DNA of 64,000 bases from the NCBI GenBank assembly GCA_964016885.1, contig OZ024742.1, positions 78,120,001 through 78,184,000 of the forward strand, given 5' to 3'. Under the pieces are notes generated by a model that had not been told where the DNA came from, ran no database searches, and was given only the letters and a program-made list of their open reading frames with translations. This DNA comes from Eledone cirrhosa. Taxonomy: Eukaryota. A program made the translations under genes and the position numbers. This document shows positions 49,282 to 64,000 of this stretch, in pieces; the stretch's first letter is position 1; each line of letters starts with the position of its first letter.

Positions 49282-50777
49282 TACCTAGATCAACACCAAT
49301 TGAGCAGACATACAATCAAAGTCATTTCAATCCTCTTTCCCGGCCCAACATCATACAATTTTTCTTTCATAAGACGTCAGGTTAAGAGAATCGACTGCTT
49401 GTTCGACCGAGTCGATTAACAACTTAGAAGCTACCTAAATTCTCTGAACTCATATTGTAGATTCTAAATATGTACTCGAACCTGCAATAGCAGTTTCACG
49501 AACAGTCTTTTCACCGTTTTTTCTCACAAAACTGTACTCCGGCTTGCCTAACATTGAAATGTATAGTAATTTGTTTGTCCTTCTCTATATTCCTATTGTT
49601 AAAATCTTTAGCTATTGTAACATATGTCTACAACGATATATAATTGTACTTAATCACGTTTTCTTTGTATTATTATATTTCTTTTCTATTTTTACTATTG
49701 AAATATTATTGTTTGTGTATCAAGGTACGTTGTTATATGTCATTTCTTATTATTTTGTATTATCAATGTTTTTATAATCGCATTATTATATGTTATATAA
49801 TTTTCTTTTTCTATTTTATAAAAAAAATATTAAATGTATTTGAATCAATGCTGCAGCTTAGGCTACAACGATATTTTCATTGTAAATACAATGACAATGA
49901 ATGTTATTGATTTGAATTGAATTGAATACAGTTTTTTTTAATCAAAAGAAATCAATATTGACTTTTAGACACAAAACTAACCCCTGTATATCAATTATTT
50001 TTGCATATTGGCACGAGGCCACAACTTGTAGAAGCTAGGTGTAGATAATAATCTCAAATGTGTATGATAAGCAATCATTTTGTTAATCACAGAGAAATAA
50101 TTACTTAAGTCTACGTCGGTGGTGGTATATAATCATACTTGTTATACAACATTTAAATAGATTTTATACATCTTTGCAATATATATCACGTCAAAGACAG
50201 GACGTCTGAGTGGCCTACCGAACCGGTTACAACGATAATAATTTACTTAACATACACTATGTTCGAAAAAGTAAAGGTGGTTATATGAGTGATGGTTTGA
50301 AGGCTGTTAATCATAGTCTGATCAACCCAGCAAGGTAAAGAATTATTTTCTATTGGAATGAGGACAGAAACTCATGTTTGAGAAAAAGGACAAAAAGAGA
50401 ATGAGATATCCATGCTTTCGTATAAAGAATTTGTAGCGTGAGGAACCTGAATAAAAATATCTCCAGTATCAAAGGAGTTTTGCCTCACATAAGTATTGAG
50501 AAAACATTCCAATGTTTAGCTGGAATCTCCGTCGGTTGAAAAGAAGAGTACGCCAATTCTTAGATCAACGGAAAATTAAGTGTAAGTGGCTGAACATTCC
50601 AAGAACATGTGCGCCTTACAAGTACAACTCATTTTCGCCAGTTTAGTAGACATTAACAACGTCATGTACAAATATTTGCCGCCAGTGTCATGTACCAATA
50701 TTTGCCGCCACCAAACATCGAACTCCATAACAACTAAGACAAGAACCTTCACAAAGCAAAAACGTGCCAGTAATTTA

Positions 50778-50880
50778 ATTGCTTCTAATTTCGGCACAAG
50801 GCCAGCAATTAACCAGTACATTACTGGTACTTTATTTTATCGACCTCGTAAGGATGAAAGGTAAAGTTAACCTTGGTGGC
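50778..50880 (-). mobile_element. SINE 3' half
   Basis: Reverse complement of the SINE core and tail. Confidence 0.72.
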
Positions 50881-51990
50881 ATAATATAATATTAGTCAGT
50901 CGACTATACTATTGTGCATTAGTATATCGTGTCGATGTTATGAAGTGAATAAGAACCAGTTATTAAATAAAAGGTTTTTCAAAAAATCAATAAGTAATTT
51001 TTCATTTTTTTCTTTCTCTTCTAATTCCAAAAATTAAGTGCACACTGATTTCTTACTGTGTGTATATATTTATAGATAAATATGATTTATGTAGGTAATA
51101 TAGCTATTTACTTGTTAGAGTGAGGACATGAAAAGTAAATATTACTGTAATATCGGTAGAAAAACATCAGTTTCAATTATTGAAATAGAAGCCACTATAA
51201 GACTGTTGAACATGCTAGTAATAGCAACAAATTTCATACATTGCGTTGCTTTATAAATCAAGAACCTTTGGATAAAATGGTTCTTCGCTCAATATTTCTA
51301 TAAATAAGACGAGACATAAATAAGATCAACAAAATTGAACAGTTCGTCCATTCTTTAAATTCCAATTCTAATCTAAAGTCCCAATAGAGCTAAACTAAAT
51401 ACATTATAATATATTTTTGAATATGTGCAGGCTATTTAATAAGTCTTTGTTAGACATCGCCACACGCACATAGGTAGAGACATTACAAACATAATAAATA
51501 CATACATGCATACATACTTGCATGCATACATGCATACATACATGCATACATACATGCATACATACATACATACACACATACATACATGTATACATACATA
51601 CACGATGGCTGCCCTCTCGTTATCGAGTATGGCCATTGCACGATATAACATTATTAATAATTTATTAATTATTTCTATCATGCAATGCCGGATATTTCTA
51701 TCATGCAATGCCTGATATTTTTTAAAGTGAGGAAAGACTGTACACTGAGCCAATCCCACTCTCTGAGCGACAGTAGCTATAAGCCGAAAAGAAGAAAAGA
51801 TCAACATAATCAGTAACTACTGAGCCGCAGGTTTTATATCGGAGTTATCCCAGTTTCCTGAGTTGCCTTGTCCTAGAAGAATGGCCTGACAAAAGCTAGT
51901 GGTCATTCACTCCCAGTGGTTTAACCGTGCGATCGTGTATCCAGCCTGATTATTTCTATGTCCCCGCGCCTATACATACACAGGCACATA

Positions 51991-52029
<39 letters not shown>

Positions 52030-52054
52030 GCATACATGTATATACATATTTAGA

Positions 52055-52160
52055 CATTTTTGGATGGCCGTTGATTCTTCTTATGAGTTCTTCCGCCCTT
52101 TGTCAGTTTTTGGTTTTTTTTCTGCAGGGTGTCCAAAATCACCATCCTCACCAAGTAAAC
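52055..52160 (-). mobile_element. Repeat G fragment
   Basis: Reverse complement of 28967-29068. Confidence 0.65.
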
Positions 52161-53479
52161 ACCAAGTAAACATACATACATACATACATATTACAAGGTA
52201 TCTATATTCGAGGTTCTCGTTAATGTTTAATATGTTACCCACGTAGCTATGTGTATTTACACTCTTTACAAATTATCCCCTGGACTTGTATAATTTGAAC
52301 TTCGTAGTAAAACCGATGTAGTTGCTTTTCCATATGACATTTAGTTTCACCACGGCGAGATCTGCCGTACTTGAAAGTGTCCTCTACTTAATGTCTTCCT
52401 TCGTTCAGCATGATGTTGCAGACTATATTCTGATACAAAGATACAAATAATTGATGATGTTATTGTTTCTGGTGTTGTTGATGTTAATGCTATTGTTGTA
52501 GTCGTCAACAATATCGGAACAATATAGTCAAAGTGGTTCTAGAACTAACCTTCCTATTTTTTTTTTTTTTTTGTGGGCGATGTGTTTACGATTTCTAGCG
52601 GTTCGAGCCACTGTGTAGAGCCTCATTCATGTATCTATATGCTTTGTCACACACGATATCACGGAAAATCTCCGCCGGGATTACGTCAAAACTATACGTG
52701 TGTATGTAATAATCAACCAGTTTCACGTAAATTTACGAATGGGGCCATTCTACTGGCGGGATAATATGAACACTCATTGTCTAAACCGATGGATGTCCGT
52801 TTAACTATTTTGTCTATGAATATTTACGTACAAAAATACACTAACCACAATTATCGTAGAAAATACGAACAATTCCTTGAAAAACCACCGGAGACGGATT
52901 TCTGACTTGTTCTAAAGAAGGATTAATATTTTGTGTGTGATAATATTGATTTATACTAGAAGGAAATACATAAAATGCTACGATGCCCTTATCTTACCAT
53001 CATCTATGTTGAGCATTTAAGATTTAGTCAGTCTGTTCTTTCGAATGTAATTCGCAAATTTTTCATTTTCACTACTTAAGGTACTGTGATGACTACTTTA
53101 TCATTCGCATAGGCGATGATCTGACATTTGTCATAATTCATGCATTCATATAAATATTGGAACACTTCCACTGGATAAATATTTGTGGGTCATTACGTTA
53201 ACGTTAGTATGGTTAATATATCATAGCAGAAGCTGTAGAAAATAGAATTGAGCAGGAGATAATATTTCACAGTAACTAACGATTCAGTATCCCATTATTC
53301 TTAATTCAAAATAAACTCAGCAGCGGGATATCTTTTAACTGTCAAGAATTTGGAAAGTATAGCATGATTATAGGAGTGCTATTGACTGAAATATGCACGA
53401 TCAAAAATATTCCTAAAATTGGCTTTGAATGGTGGAAATAATGTTTATAAGTCCCTTGTTTTATGGTAATAACGAATTA

Positions 53480-54491
<1,012 letters not shown>

Positions 54492-55679
54492 CGAGAGAGA
54501 GGTGTTGTGAGAGGACGAGAAATAGAAAGAAATACGAATTATATTATCGTCGTTCAAAAGAATAAATTGCTTTAGCTAAATTATCATGATATATTTAGCT
54601 AGTATATTGACGGATTAGGTGAACAAAATAAGTCTGAGACCGTTTAAGAACGCTCAGTTATTGCAATTGAAGCGCGCGTTAGTATTGCGGTATGTAAATA
54701 GATATAGAAATAAGTATATTCACCACGTTTGATGACAGAGATGAAAGAGATATTACGACGCAAGAAAGAAATGTTTATTTAGACTGTTGCCATTGCTTGC
54801 CTCGGGAATTCTGGCCATTAATGAGAACATACGTACACCCATATACATTCCATACATCTCATACATACATACATACATACTCGAAATTAAGAGAAAGAGA
54901 GAACACATACATACATACATACATACATACATACATACATACATACATACATACATACATACATACATACATACATGTATATACGTATATATAAGTATAT
55001 AAGTACACACAGACACACACAGACACATATATATATAATATATATATATATGTATATGTGTGTGTGTGTGTATGAAAGAGTGTTGAGTGTATTGTGAAGG
55101 TGTTCACATGTGTGCGGTAAAGATGTTTATACATAATGGCAATTACGTTTGATGGGCTGTTACGTTTTATATGTCTGCGAATATGTCACAAGTTTTGATA
55201 TGAAGCAACTAAGTAAACTATAGGTCTTTTCTTACTTTATTGTAACTTGATAACTAGGAGTAAACTGTTATATAGTGGAAGTCTTAGTAAATATATGGCA
55301 ATGTGTTCAGCTTAGTTTCTACTCATTGCAATCAATAATAATAATGTTAATGATAATAATAATAATAATAATAATGATTTCTTTATTGGCCACAAGGGCT
55401 GTCATCAAGAAAAACATTACAGACGGCACAGGACGGTACAGGATGGTACGATGTGGGTTTTGTGCGTGTAAAGATTTTTATTATTTATATAAAAAAAAGA
55501 AAAAAAGACATAGAAACATATATATATATAAACAATAAAAAAGAAAATTGAAACAATGACAAATTCCCCAATAGGGGGGGAAACCTCCAAGGGTTACACG
55601 TGGCGAAAACCACACAAAAGACCACGGCCACCCTGACCACCAGGGCAAGCGCCCTCTATCAATTTTTCCATTTCTCAAA

Positions 55680-58600
55680 CTACAGGCGTATATTCAGAGC
55701 GGTCCCGTTCACTCGGACCATTCTCGCTACATTCACCCACCTTTCAACAAACTTTCTAGAAGGCAGCACTTGCCTCTCCACCCTGATTTTCCTCTTCAAG
55801 TGAAACTTGAAAAAGTTAATTAGGGATTCGCCGAAGAGGAAAGTATCTGTCTTTAACCCTTTCAACCTTGTCCACCACATAATCTCTTTCGCCATGGCAA
55901 CCAGGCAGATGAAAACCGCCTGCCCTTCCTCCTCGAAGGAAGACGGCGAGACCATCTGCACAATGGACTCAGTCGATAACCGGATCAGTCCTACACATGA
56001 CAGCAACTGTTCGACATAGCTCCACAAGTCAGCAACTGAACAAGTGCGTGCACGACGGTTTCATCGCTCTGCGCGCATCTCGGACAGGCTCGGCTGACGG
56101 CACTTCTGCGCCTGTAGAGTTTATCTCGAACTGGCAGCCCTCCCCGGTTGCACTACCAAGCCAGGGACTTTTGGAAGTTATCCATATGCTTTGGGCTGAA
56201 AGTTCTCCGGAAGAGAGCAAACACCTTATCTTCTTCGACGCCCAAGATCTCTCCGAGAACGTCGTCGCTCTTCCCCTCCACTAGTCCTCTATAGAACGCC
56301 GAGGTGGATGTTCCACCGATACTGGTGCCCAGCTGGAAGAGGGCAGTTAGCGCCTGGAGACATTTCAGTTTCCAAGTGCTATCCCTCGGTCTTTTTTTGA
56401 CCCAGGACTGCAGCTCCGTCAGGGAGACGAGCTGTGGGAAAACATGCCTGGCGAACTGCGACCACACCTGTTCACCGTCAAGGAAGCACCAGAGATGTCG
56501 CCGCCTCAGCGCATGTTTGCGCATCATCAACCATGGCATGCCTATTCCTCAACGCAATGGGTGTTAACAGCAGATGGATCGACTGACCATGAGAGCGCGT
56601 CCCTTCCACAAAAAGCAGAAGAGGAGGCGCTCCATTTTGGTGAGAGTTGGGCCGGGGCAAGGGACGACGGTGAGGCGGTAGCAGATGACGGATGCGATGT
56701 ACGCATTTGCCACCTCTGGGTGAGGGAAGCCACCTTGCTCGTCACCTCGTTCCAGTTTTTCTCCATCTGGAGGTCCGGTCCGAACCAGACCCCGAGCAAT
56801 TTAACCGGTCCGTCCGTCCAACGCCCCACGACTCTGTCGGACGGCATGGACTTGCCTCTCCAGGTGCCGAGCTGCAACCCCACCGACTTTTCCTGGTTTC
56901 TCTTTGCTCCTCTCACCGCTTCGTATTCCTTGAGAGCGGTGCCGAGCATCTGGACGTGTCTGGTGCTCGACACCACCCAGTAACGTTGTCGGCGGAAGCT
57001 GACTCGGATTTCCCGCATCCTAGTTCGCGTGGGACGCCCCTCATCGCCCCCAGTTTGTGCAGTAACGGCTCGAGAGCCAATACGTACAAGAGGGACGAGA
57101 GGAGACAACCCTGGCGGACTGAGCGCATGATGCTCAACGGCTGCGACAGGTGACCGTTCACCCTCACAACTAAGCAGATGTCGCTGTACATCGCTGCGAT
57201 CCAACACCTGAAAACGAGCCCGAAACCGGCTGCCTCGAGGACCGCCGCCAGGTACCGATGGTCGACCCTATCGAATGCTTTGGATTGATCCAAGTTGATC
57301 AGGGCTCCACCCGTGTCGGGTTCCTTAACCACCCTCTCTATGATGTATCGCATGAGGTGGAGGTTGTCGTGTATGGATCTGTCCGGAATGGCGCATATCA
57401 GCGCCTCTCCCAACAGACACTTGACGTAAAGCGCCAACCTCGTTGCTAACACCTTGGCCGCCAAAATCTTGAACTCTGCGTATAGCAGGGTTATGGGCCT
57501 GAAATTATCGATAACATCCCTCTTATTCGGGTCTTTCCTCAGCAGCGCCACCGATCCCCGGCTCACAAAACTGGGAATGCTCCTGTTCTGCTGCCAGTCG
57601 CAGTAGACGTCTGCCAAGAGGTCACCGAACAAGTCTGGCATAAATGCATAAAGCTCGTAGGGCAGACCATCCAAACCTGGCGATTTACCCCTCGTGCAGT
57701 TAGCCATCGCTTCCCGTATTTCACCGGCTGTTATTGGCTTTTCGCAACACTGTTCTACGGTCGTCGAGAGCCGAGGCAGTCCGTCGAGGTATGCACTGAA
57801 GTCCATGCCCCGAGCCGGGCCGCCGCTGCTCCCGAACAGTTCAGCAAAGTGCTGCTGAAAAGCTTCTCACATCCGCTCGGGTTCGAGCATCACGCACCCG
57901 TTTTGGTAAGACAAAGACCGAATTGTGGCTTTGTTGCCACGTCGCGCCTCTGCCACCCGGGCCCATTGTACGGCTTTTGTCCCCTCGTGTTTCAGAGCAC
58001 GCGCTCTAGCTCTGACAATGCAGCCTTCGTGTTTGCGTTGAAGAATTGGTCGAGTGCCAATCTCGCCGCAAGCACGTAGGTTGCGATGCCTGTCCTAAAC
58101 GCCTCTTCTAGCTTTCTGACTAGCTCTCCCTCTACTCTATTTTCCTCTATCACTACTCCTTTGCCAAACCTAATCGACTCTACTTTAATTGCCTTTTCAG
58201 GGTGAACCACCACCTGTTGTTAACGTCCGCTCCCGTCAACGCCCGCTTAACTAATACGCTAATCCCGTCTCTGTAGGCTTTGCGCGCCGGGAAAGACCCG
58301 TTCAGCTTCCAGTAACCGGGCCCTTATCTATGGAGTCTGTCTATGTCGATCTCACATATCACAAATTTGTGGTCTGTGTAGTCGACTATTTTAAATTGTG
58401 GACAACTTATCTAGTTCTCTGCAGAATACCCTATCGAGATACGATCTGGATGACCCGATGCTGTTTGTCCATGTCGACATTGGCACATTCGGGTGAGCCA
58501 GTCGATACCTGTCAGACAATTCAAAACGTCTGAGCAGGTTGATGAGGCTCTTGCACCCTCCTCCTCTATCCACTAGCCCCACACAATCCCAGCGTGCATC

Positions 58601-59041
58601 CAAGATACCGTTCCAGTCGCCCACTAACACTAAAGAGCGGGACATTCCAAGAAAGGTCTCTAGACGTCTAAAGAAATCTGACCGTCCTATCCCTGTCAGG
58701 GCCTGAAAGCGTTTCCTTCGGTGCTTCTTACGTCCAGCACCACCGACTTACCTTCTGGGTCCAGGAAGATGATCCGTATAGCGAGACCCACGCCTTTCCG
58801 AAACAACACAGCCCCCCTCCCCCCCCGCTCCCGGACGGCTTGGAGATGCGTACACTTCGTAACCGTCGAAGATCGGTGCAAAGGCTTGCGTTTCGGAGAT
58901 TCTCGTCTCGTTGATGGCAACCACATCTATGTTTAGTGACCTGAGGTCGTTAAGCAAGTGACCCTGCTCCAGACCGAGCTCAAGCGACGCACGTTTACAC
59001 TTCCGATCCTGAATACGGCCATGCAAGTGAGAAAGGATCAC
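55680..59041 (-). pseudogene. Tx1-type ORF2 (AP endonuclease + RT + C-terminal domain), multiple frameshifts
   Basis: NIDVVAINET, LVGDWN, TWTN..SRSYLDRVF, KSPGLDGLPYELY, NFRPITLL, LDQSKAFDRVDH, SVRQGCLLS, VKLLGVWF. The YADD position reads SADN. Confidence 0.88.
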
Positions 59042-59364
59042 TTACCTTGATCGTCTGGTGAAGGGACAGTTGAATCGTCCCTTCGGCTGGTCGTCGGCTC
59101 TTCTGTGAGTATATCCGAGTATACTCTCCGGTTGAGTGTCCCTCCTAGGTCTCTGAAATCCCCAACTGCATTGGGGAATTTCATTTTAATGTTTGTGTAT
59201 TGTTTCTGTGATATTCTTACCAGTCTTACGTTCGTTGGTGTTTTGATTGGTGCTGGTATTATGTAGTCATGCTGTGAAATGTCTGTGTCTTCAATTATGT
59301 AAGTCATTAGTTTCTTGTTGTATGTATTTATTGCTGCGCATTTCTTTTTCTGGGGGTGGTTCTG

Positions 59365-60499
59365 CTATTTTCTTGTCGTTGTTGCTGGGTGTGTCTGTTT
59401 TGTTGTTGTGTTTGTGATTTTGGTGCTTGTGGTGGTGTTGTTGTTGGCGGTGGGGTTGCCGCCGGTGGTGATGGTAGTGCTAGTATGGGTGGTGATGGTG
59501 TTGGTGGTGTTGCTGCTGTAAGTCTCTTTGCAGTAGCCTTTACCCTCTTTTTCATTTCTTCCCTCCCTTTTCGAAGGCGACGATGCGCTGCCTCTGCGTT
59601 TGTGCCTTCTTGCGACCTTTTGCCATCCCTCTCCTACCTCACACTCCATGTCCGATTCTGTGAGGTCGGGGTGGGGTACCAGCTCCACTCTTTCACTTGT
59701 TCTTGTTGGTGATGGTTGCAGTGGAGTTTCTGTTGCCGCTGCAGTTGGTATTACTGTTGTTGTTATTAATACTTCCACTGCTGCTGCTGTTCTTGATTTC
59801 CGTGGCGTGGGTATGGGTGCCACGGACCTATCCTTGCTGCTTGCCGCCTGTCCTGTTGCTGGTAGCAGTGGAGCCGGGATCGGAAGGAGGGGATTTTTCT
59901 CCTTTCTCAGGGTCTTCTTATTGCAGAAGGCCCTGAGGTGAGTCTTCGACCCACAGCGAAAGCATTTCAGGCGTTTGCCCTCAACACTTATGGGAAGTTG
60001 AGTGCTGTTATCGAAGTCGATCACATCCGGGATAGCTTCGATGCACTCCTGGTTGGTTTGAATTAACATCTCAATGGAGGCGCCGACCCAATCTTCTCGT
60101 ACTTTTTTCTGCACTTGCAGTACGGTTGTTTTGTCCTCGATTACGACGAGGACAGACGCGGCCAGCCAAGAAGGGGCTATCCGGGGGGGGGGGGGGACTA
60201 GGGTCAGTTTGACCCTCACAATTTTTTGCCCGCAGTAGGAGAGCACGAGTGCTGTTGCTGTGGTTGTTGTTGTTGTTGCTGCTGCTGTTGTCGTTGCTGT
60301 TGCTGCTGCTGCTGTTGTTGTTTATGCTGCTGCTGATGTTGGTGCGGCTGCTACTAGTATTTTCCTCGCCACTGTTGCTGCTGCTGCCGTTATAACGGCT
60401 GCTGCTGCTATTCTTCATGACGTCAGACGAATGAAATGGCTTTCCGTATTTACCGCACACATCTTTCGTTGTTGTCGTCGTCGTGGAGAAATGTTCCAC
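59365..60499 (-). pseudogene. Tx1-type ORF1 (gag-like zinc knuckle), frameshifted near poly-G ~60183-60196
   Basis: CFRCGSKTHLRAFC (CX2CX4HX4C), Pro/Thr-rich tail, GWQKVARR motif. Confidence 0.75.
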
Positions 60500-60534
60500 G
60501 GTACGCGCGTAGAAACTACATTTTCTTTTTCTTT

Positions 60535-61950
60535 AATGTTTCTACTTTTGGCACAAGCCTAGCAATTACCCCACTGCATTACTAGTGCTTTATTTTATCG
60601 GACCCCGTAATCTTGTTAAAAGCGGTGGGATTTGAATTCAGAACATAAAGGGCCATCACTATGCTTCAAATTATGGTGTCTGACGCTTTACTAATATTGC
60701 CAAATCAATAATATAATGTTTTCTGGTATAGGCACAAGGCCAGCAACTTTGGGAGAGAGGGGGGAAAGTCGATTAAATTGACCACAGTTACTTTATTTTA
60801 TCGACTTCATATGTATGAAAGGCAAAGCCACAAAGCGTATTGTCCAACGTACCGCCAGCGTCATCTTTACTGGTTCGATAAAATAAAGCACCAGTCTTAC
60901 ATTAGGGTCGATATAAACATCTTTCCCCTTCCCTTCAGATTGCTGGCCTTGTGCCTATATCAGGAACCATTATTATCATTATTACTATTATTAATATGGC
61001 GGTGGATTGGTAGTATCGGTAGAGCGTCGGACAACATGATTTTCAGCATAGAGCTATGACCCTTTACATTCTGATTTCAAAACCCGCTGCGGTTCCCTTT
61101 GCCTTTCACCCTCACGCGGTTCATAAAATAAAGTACCAATAAAGCACTGAAGTCGATTTAATCGACTTTCCCCTTCCCTCCATATAGCTAGCCTTGTGCC
61201 TAAACTAGAAACAATTATTATTATTCATATTGGCAATATCGGTAGAGCGTCTGACATGCTTTGCGGCTGAGAGTTACGTCTATTTACGTTCTGAGTTCAA
61301 ATCCAACTGAGGTTAAATTTACCTTTCATCCTTACAGGAGTCGATAAGATAAAGTACCATGTAATCGACTTCCACTCTCACCCAAAATTGTTGGCCTTGT
61401 CATTATTGGCGGTGGATTGGCAGTATCGGTAGAGAGTCGGACACTATGCTTTGACGCATAGAGTTACGGCCCTTTCCATTCTGAGTTCAAACCCCGCCGA
61501 GGTCAACTTTGTCTTTCATCCTTACGGGGTCGATAAAATAAAGTACCAGTAATGTACTGGGTAATTGCTGGCCTTGTGCCAAAAGTAGAAACAACTATTA
61601 TTATTACTCATGTTGCCAGACCGTTGGACACATGCTTTGGACATAGAGTTACGTCTCTTTATATTCTGAGTTCAAATCCAGTCGAGGTTAGCTAAGTATT
61701 TCGATAAATAAAGCACGAGTAATGCAATGGGGTCGATTTAATCGACTTTCTCCTCCCCAAAATGATTGCTGGCTTATTGCCTAAATCAGAAACCATTGTT
61801 ATTGGCAGTATCGGTAGAGTGCCGAACAACAGACTTTGTTTCATACCTACGGGGTCGATAAAATAATATACCAGTATCGCAGTGAAGCCGATTTAATCCA
61901 CTTTTTCCTCTCTAATCATTATTGACTTTGTGCCAAATACAGAAACCATT
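60535..61950. mobile_element. Cluster of ~8 SINE copies (2 minus, then ~6 plus head-to-tail)
   Basis: Approximate copies at 60535-60705(-), 60716-60815(-), 60860-60972, 60998-61215, 61230-61402, 61408-61595, 61610-61800 and 61802-61950(+). Confidence 0.82.
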
Positions 61951-61954
61951 ATTC

Positions 61955-64000
61955 ATATTCAAATGCACAGTCTTGATCTTATCAACACTGGATTATTTAA
62001 TTGACTCTTTATTATGTTATATAACCTTAGATAGACAGTACCTTCCGTTGGATATTTGTTGTTCCCAAAAGTGTTGTTTTCTGCAAAGTCATAATGCTGG
62101 TTGTGATTCCAATTCTACCGAGGTTTTTCTGGAAGTTTTTGGTCACAGACCCAAGCACTCCAATCACAATTTTCATCTATTCTCAAGTCTACATGCATTA
62201 CGATTTTCTCGTTTTCATTGCCATTGATGTTATGGTCTCTTGGGCAAGCTACATTGATCAACAAATACCTCTTTTCAGTACCTTTCTCCAAGAATCTTCA
62301 AGAACTCTATCTGTCTGGATTGCAAAATCCCATAGTCTGGTTTTCTAGGGCCTTCTCTTAGTTGTGCTGGTACCATTTCTCTGTGATTACAAACCCGTAT
62401 TTCTTGCATAGTCGTAGGCACACAAGATGTGTGCCACACGTTCTACCATCTTTCCAGATAACCTACACTTATATGTTTCATCTGAGTCATATATATTTCT
62501 TTTCCCGTTTCTGCTTAGCGCTTGATCTCGAGCGGCTATTAATAAAATCTCTCTCTCTCTCTTAAGATCATCTTTTGTCAACCAATTTGGTGAAGATCCT
62601 AATTTTTCTTCCTTCTTTTCTCTTTCAAATTGACCATTTAATTCCTTACTCTTCCTTGTGTTCAGTTTCTTATCTGGCGGCCTCTGTTTTAATGGTTCCA
62701 ATGCATGAGCCTCTGCATTTGGAAACATAACTTAAAAGATCTTCTTTACTACTAGATAAATACGAGTCTAAGGATCTTTATTCGTTAGCCACACAATCTT
62801 TCACACTTACAGGTCCTCGACCTCTGTCATTCCACAGAGTACATAGCCTGATGATATTTGTATTTAGGTGCAATGCACCGTTGTCAACAATTTCCTGTCG
62901 CGTTAGCCTATCCAAATTATTATTTCTTCTTTGGTCTAGTTTGAAATAGCTACAAAATATCTAATAACTGGCACAGCCAAGACATTAATTGCGGCAATTA
63001 AGTTATTCCCATTCAGTTTCGTTTTCAGTAGCAGTCCTAACCAATTTAGATAGAATTTCTTCACATTTTCTTTCATCTTCTCATTTAGAACTTTTCCAAG
63101 CTCGAAAATGCCTATATATGTGTAGCCACTCTCCACCAAGCAACTCAATCCCACCAGTATGTACATGTCTACCTCTCTTTATAGTCATAGTGGCATGCTT
63201 TGTAATACCAGATTCCATCTATATGTCCGTGCAGCACCTGTAAACAATTTAGTGAGTCAACCTGAGATTCATTCCTGCCAAGGAGTTTCAAATAATTCAT
63301 GAAAAGTAGACAGTTAATCTTAGGTCCTTTTTTCCATCTGATAGCCAATATCTGTATCGCGTAATATCATTGATGGTGGGATCATGACAATAAAAAATAT
63401 CAACGGTAAGAATGAATCAGCTGGAAATATTCCTCTTCTTATATTGACCACACACAGGTGTTTATTTCCTGATTACAAGTTTGTCTTCCACAAAGGCACG
63501 CTAGACTCCATTACATTAATAACAATTTGTTATCCCAAACATTCTGAAACCTTACAGTACCCATGAATGCTGGACTATGCCAAAGGCTTTCTAAGATCTA
63601 TCCAGTTCAGGCTTAAATTCTTTAGACGTCTTTTGCAGTTATTCAACAGCAAGATGGTTTTTGGTTGCATGAGAATCTTTCCTACACTCCTGCTCCGCCT
63701 GTAACATCATATTCCGAAGCAAGTGGTCATAGATGTTTACAGCAAAGATACCTGTCAACAGCCTCCAAAGAACATTCAAGCAAGTAATCACTGTAATTTC
63801 CGGGAAGAGGAGAGACATCTTAGATTATTTCAGTCATGTAACTGCTATACACAGAGTTTAATATTTTGGTCGGGGCGCTCGCAACCTGGTTTGCGCTTCT
63901 CGTTGAGAGTCTGGTAGAGAGGTATACACGTGCATACTCCGGACCAAGTCCATACACAGCAGCCCCATCCTCATGCGATACATCGTACAGTGAGTAGTGA
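61955..64000 (-). pseudogene. Decayed R4/Dong-like non-LTR element (RT + Zn knuckle + restriction-like endonuclease), continues beyond window
   Basis: WIDLRKAF, RRGIFPADS, LKTKLNGNNLIAAINVLAVPVIRY, LLIAARDQAL, CRLSGKMVERVAHI, LWDFAIQTD. Confidence 0.8.

Larger units (their letters stand above)
55333..60510 (-). mobile_element. Near full-length, frameshifted Tx1/L1-clade LINE
   Basis: ORF1 with CCHC knuckle, APE and RT fragments in order, minus-strand AATAAA at 55382-55387 and an (ATT)n tail. Confidence 0.88.

Noticed and set aside
44500-53480. Host exons or further ribozymes
   Set aside because: No recognisable domain or HHR fold, only old repeats. Small exons cannot be excluded by eye.
60535-61950. 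tRNA genes or CRISPR-like array
   Set aside because: The A/B-box heads do not fold as cloverleaves and continue into a SINE core. Units are long and divergent, with no repeat-spacer pattern or cas genes.

Overview
AT-rich eukaryotic (animal) repeat-dominated DNA. The SINE and microsatellite make-up suggests a cephalopod/Octopus genome (inference). No host protein-coding exon was recognisable. The first ~44 kb is a mosaic of very long imperfect (AT)n tracts carrying Penelope-like retroelements (PLEs) and many short non-coding elements. By eye I found 21 complete type I hammerhead ribozyme (HHR) motifs of about 12 sequence types between 4155 and 44205. They sit in head-to-tail arrays (periods 310, 537, 470, 524 and 465 bp), in fold-back inversions, or in circularly permuted monomers, which is the signature of PLE-mobilised retrozymes/circular RNAs. 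One PLE keeps an uninterrupted RT + GIY-YIG frame (10018-11487, minus). The rest holds tRNA-type SINEs, RTE fragments, a Tc1/mariner relic and MITE, a near full-length decayed Tx1-clade LINE (55.3-60.5 kb) and an R4/Dong-like LINE (62-64 kb). There is a 200-N gap at 4613-4812. Family letters A-O are my own labels. All coordinates and foldings were done by eye and may be off by a few nt.
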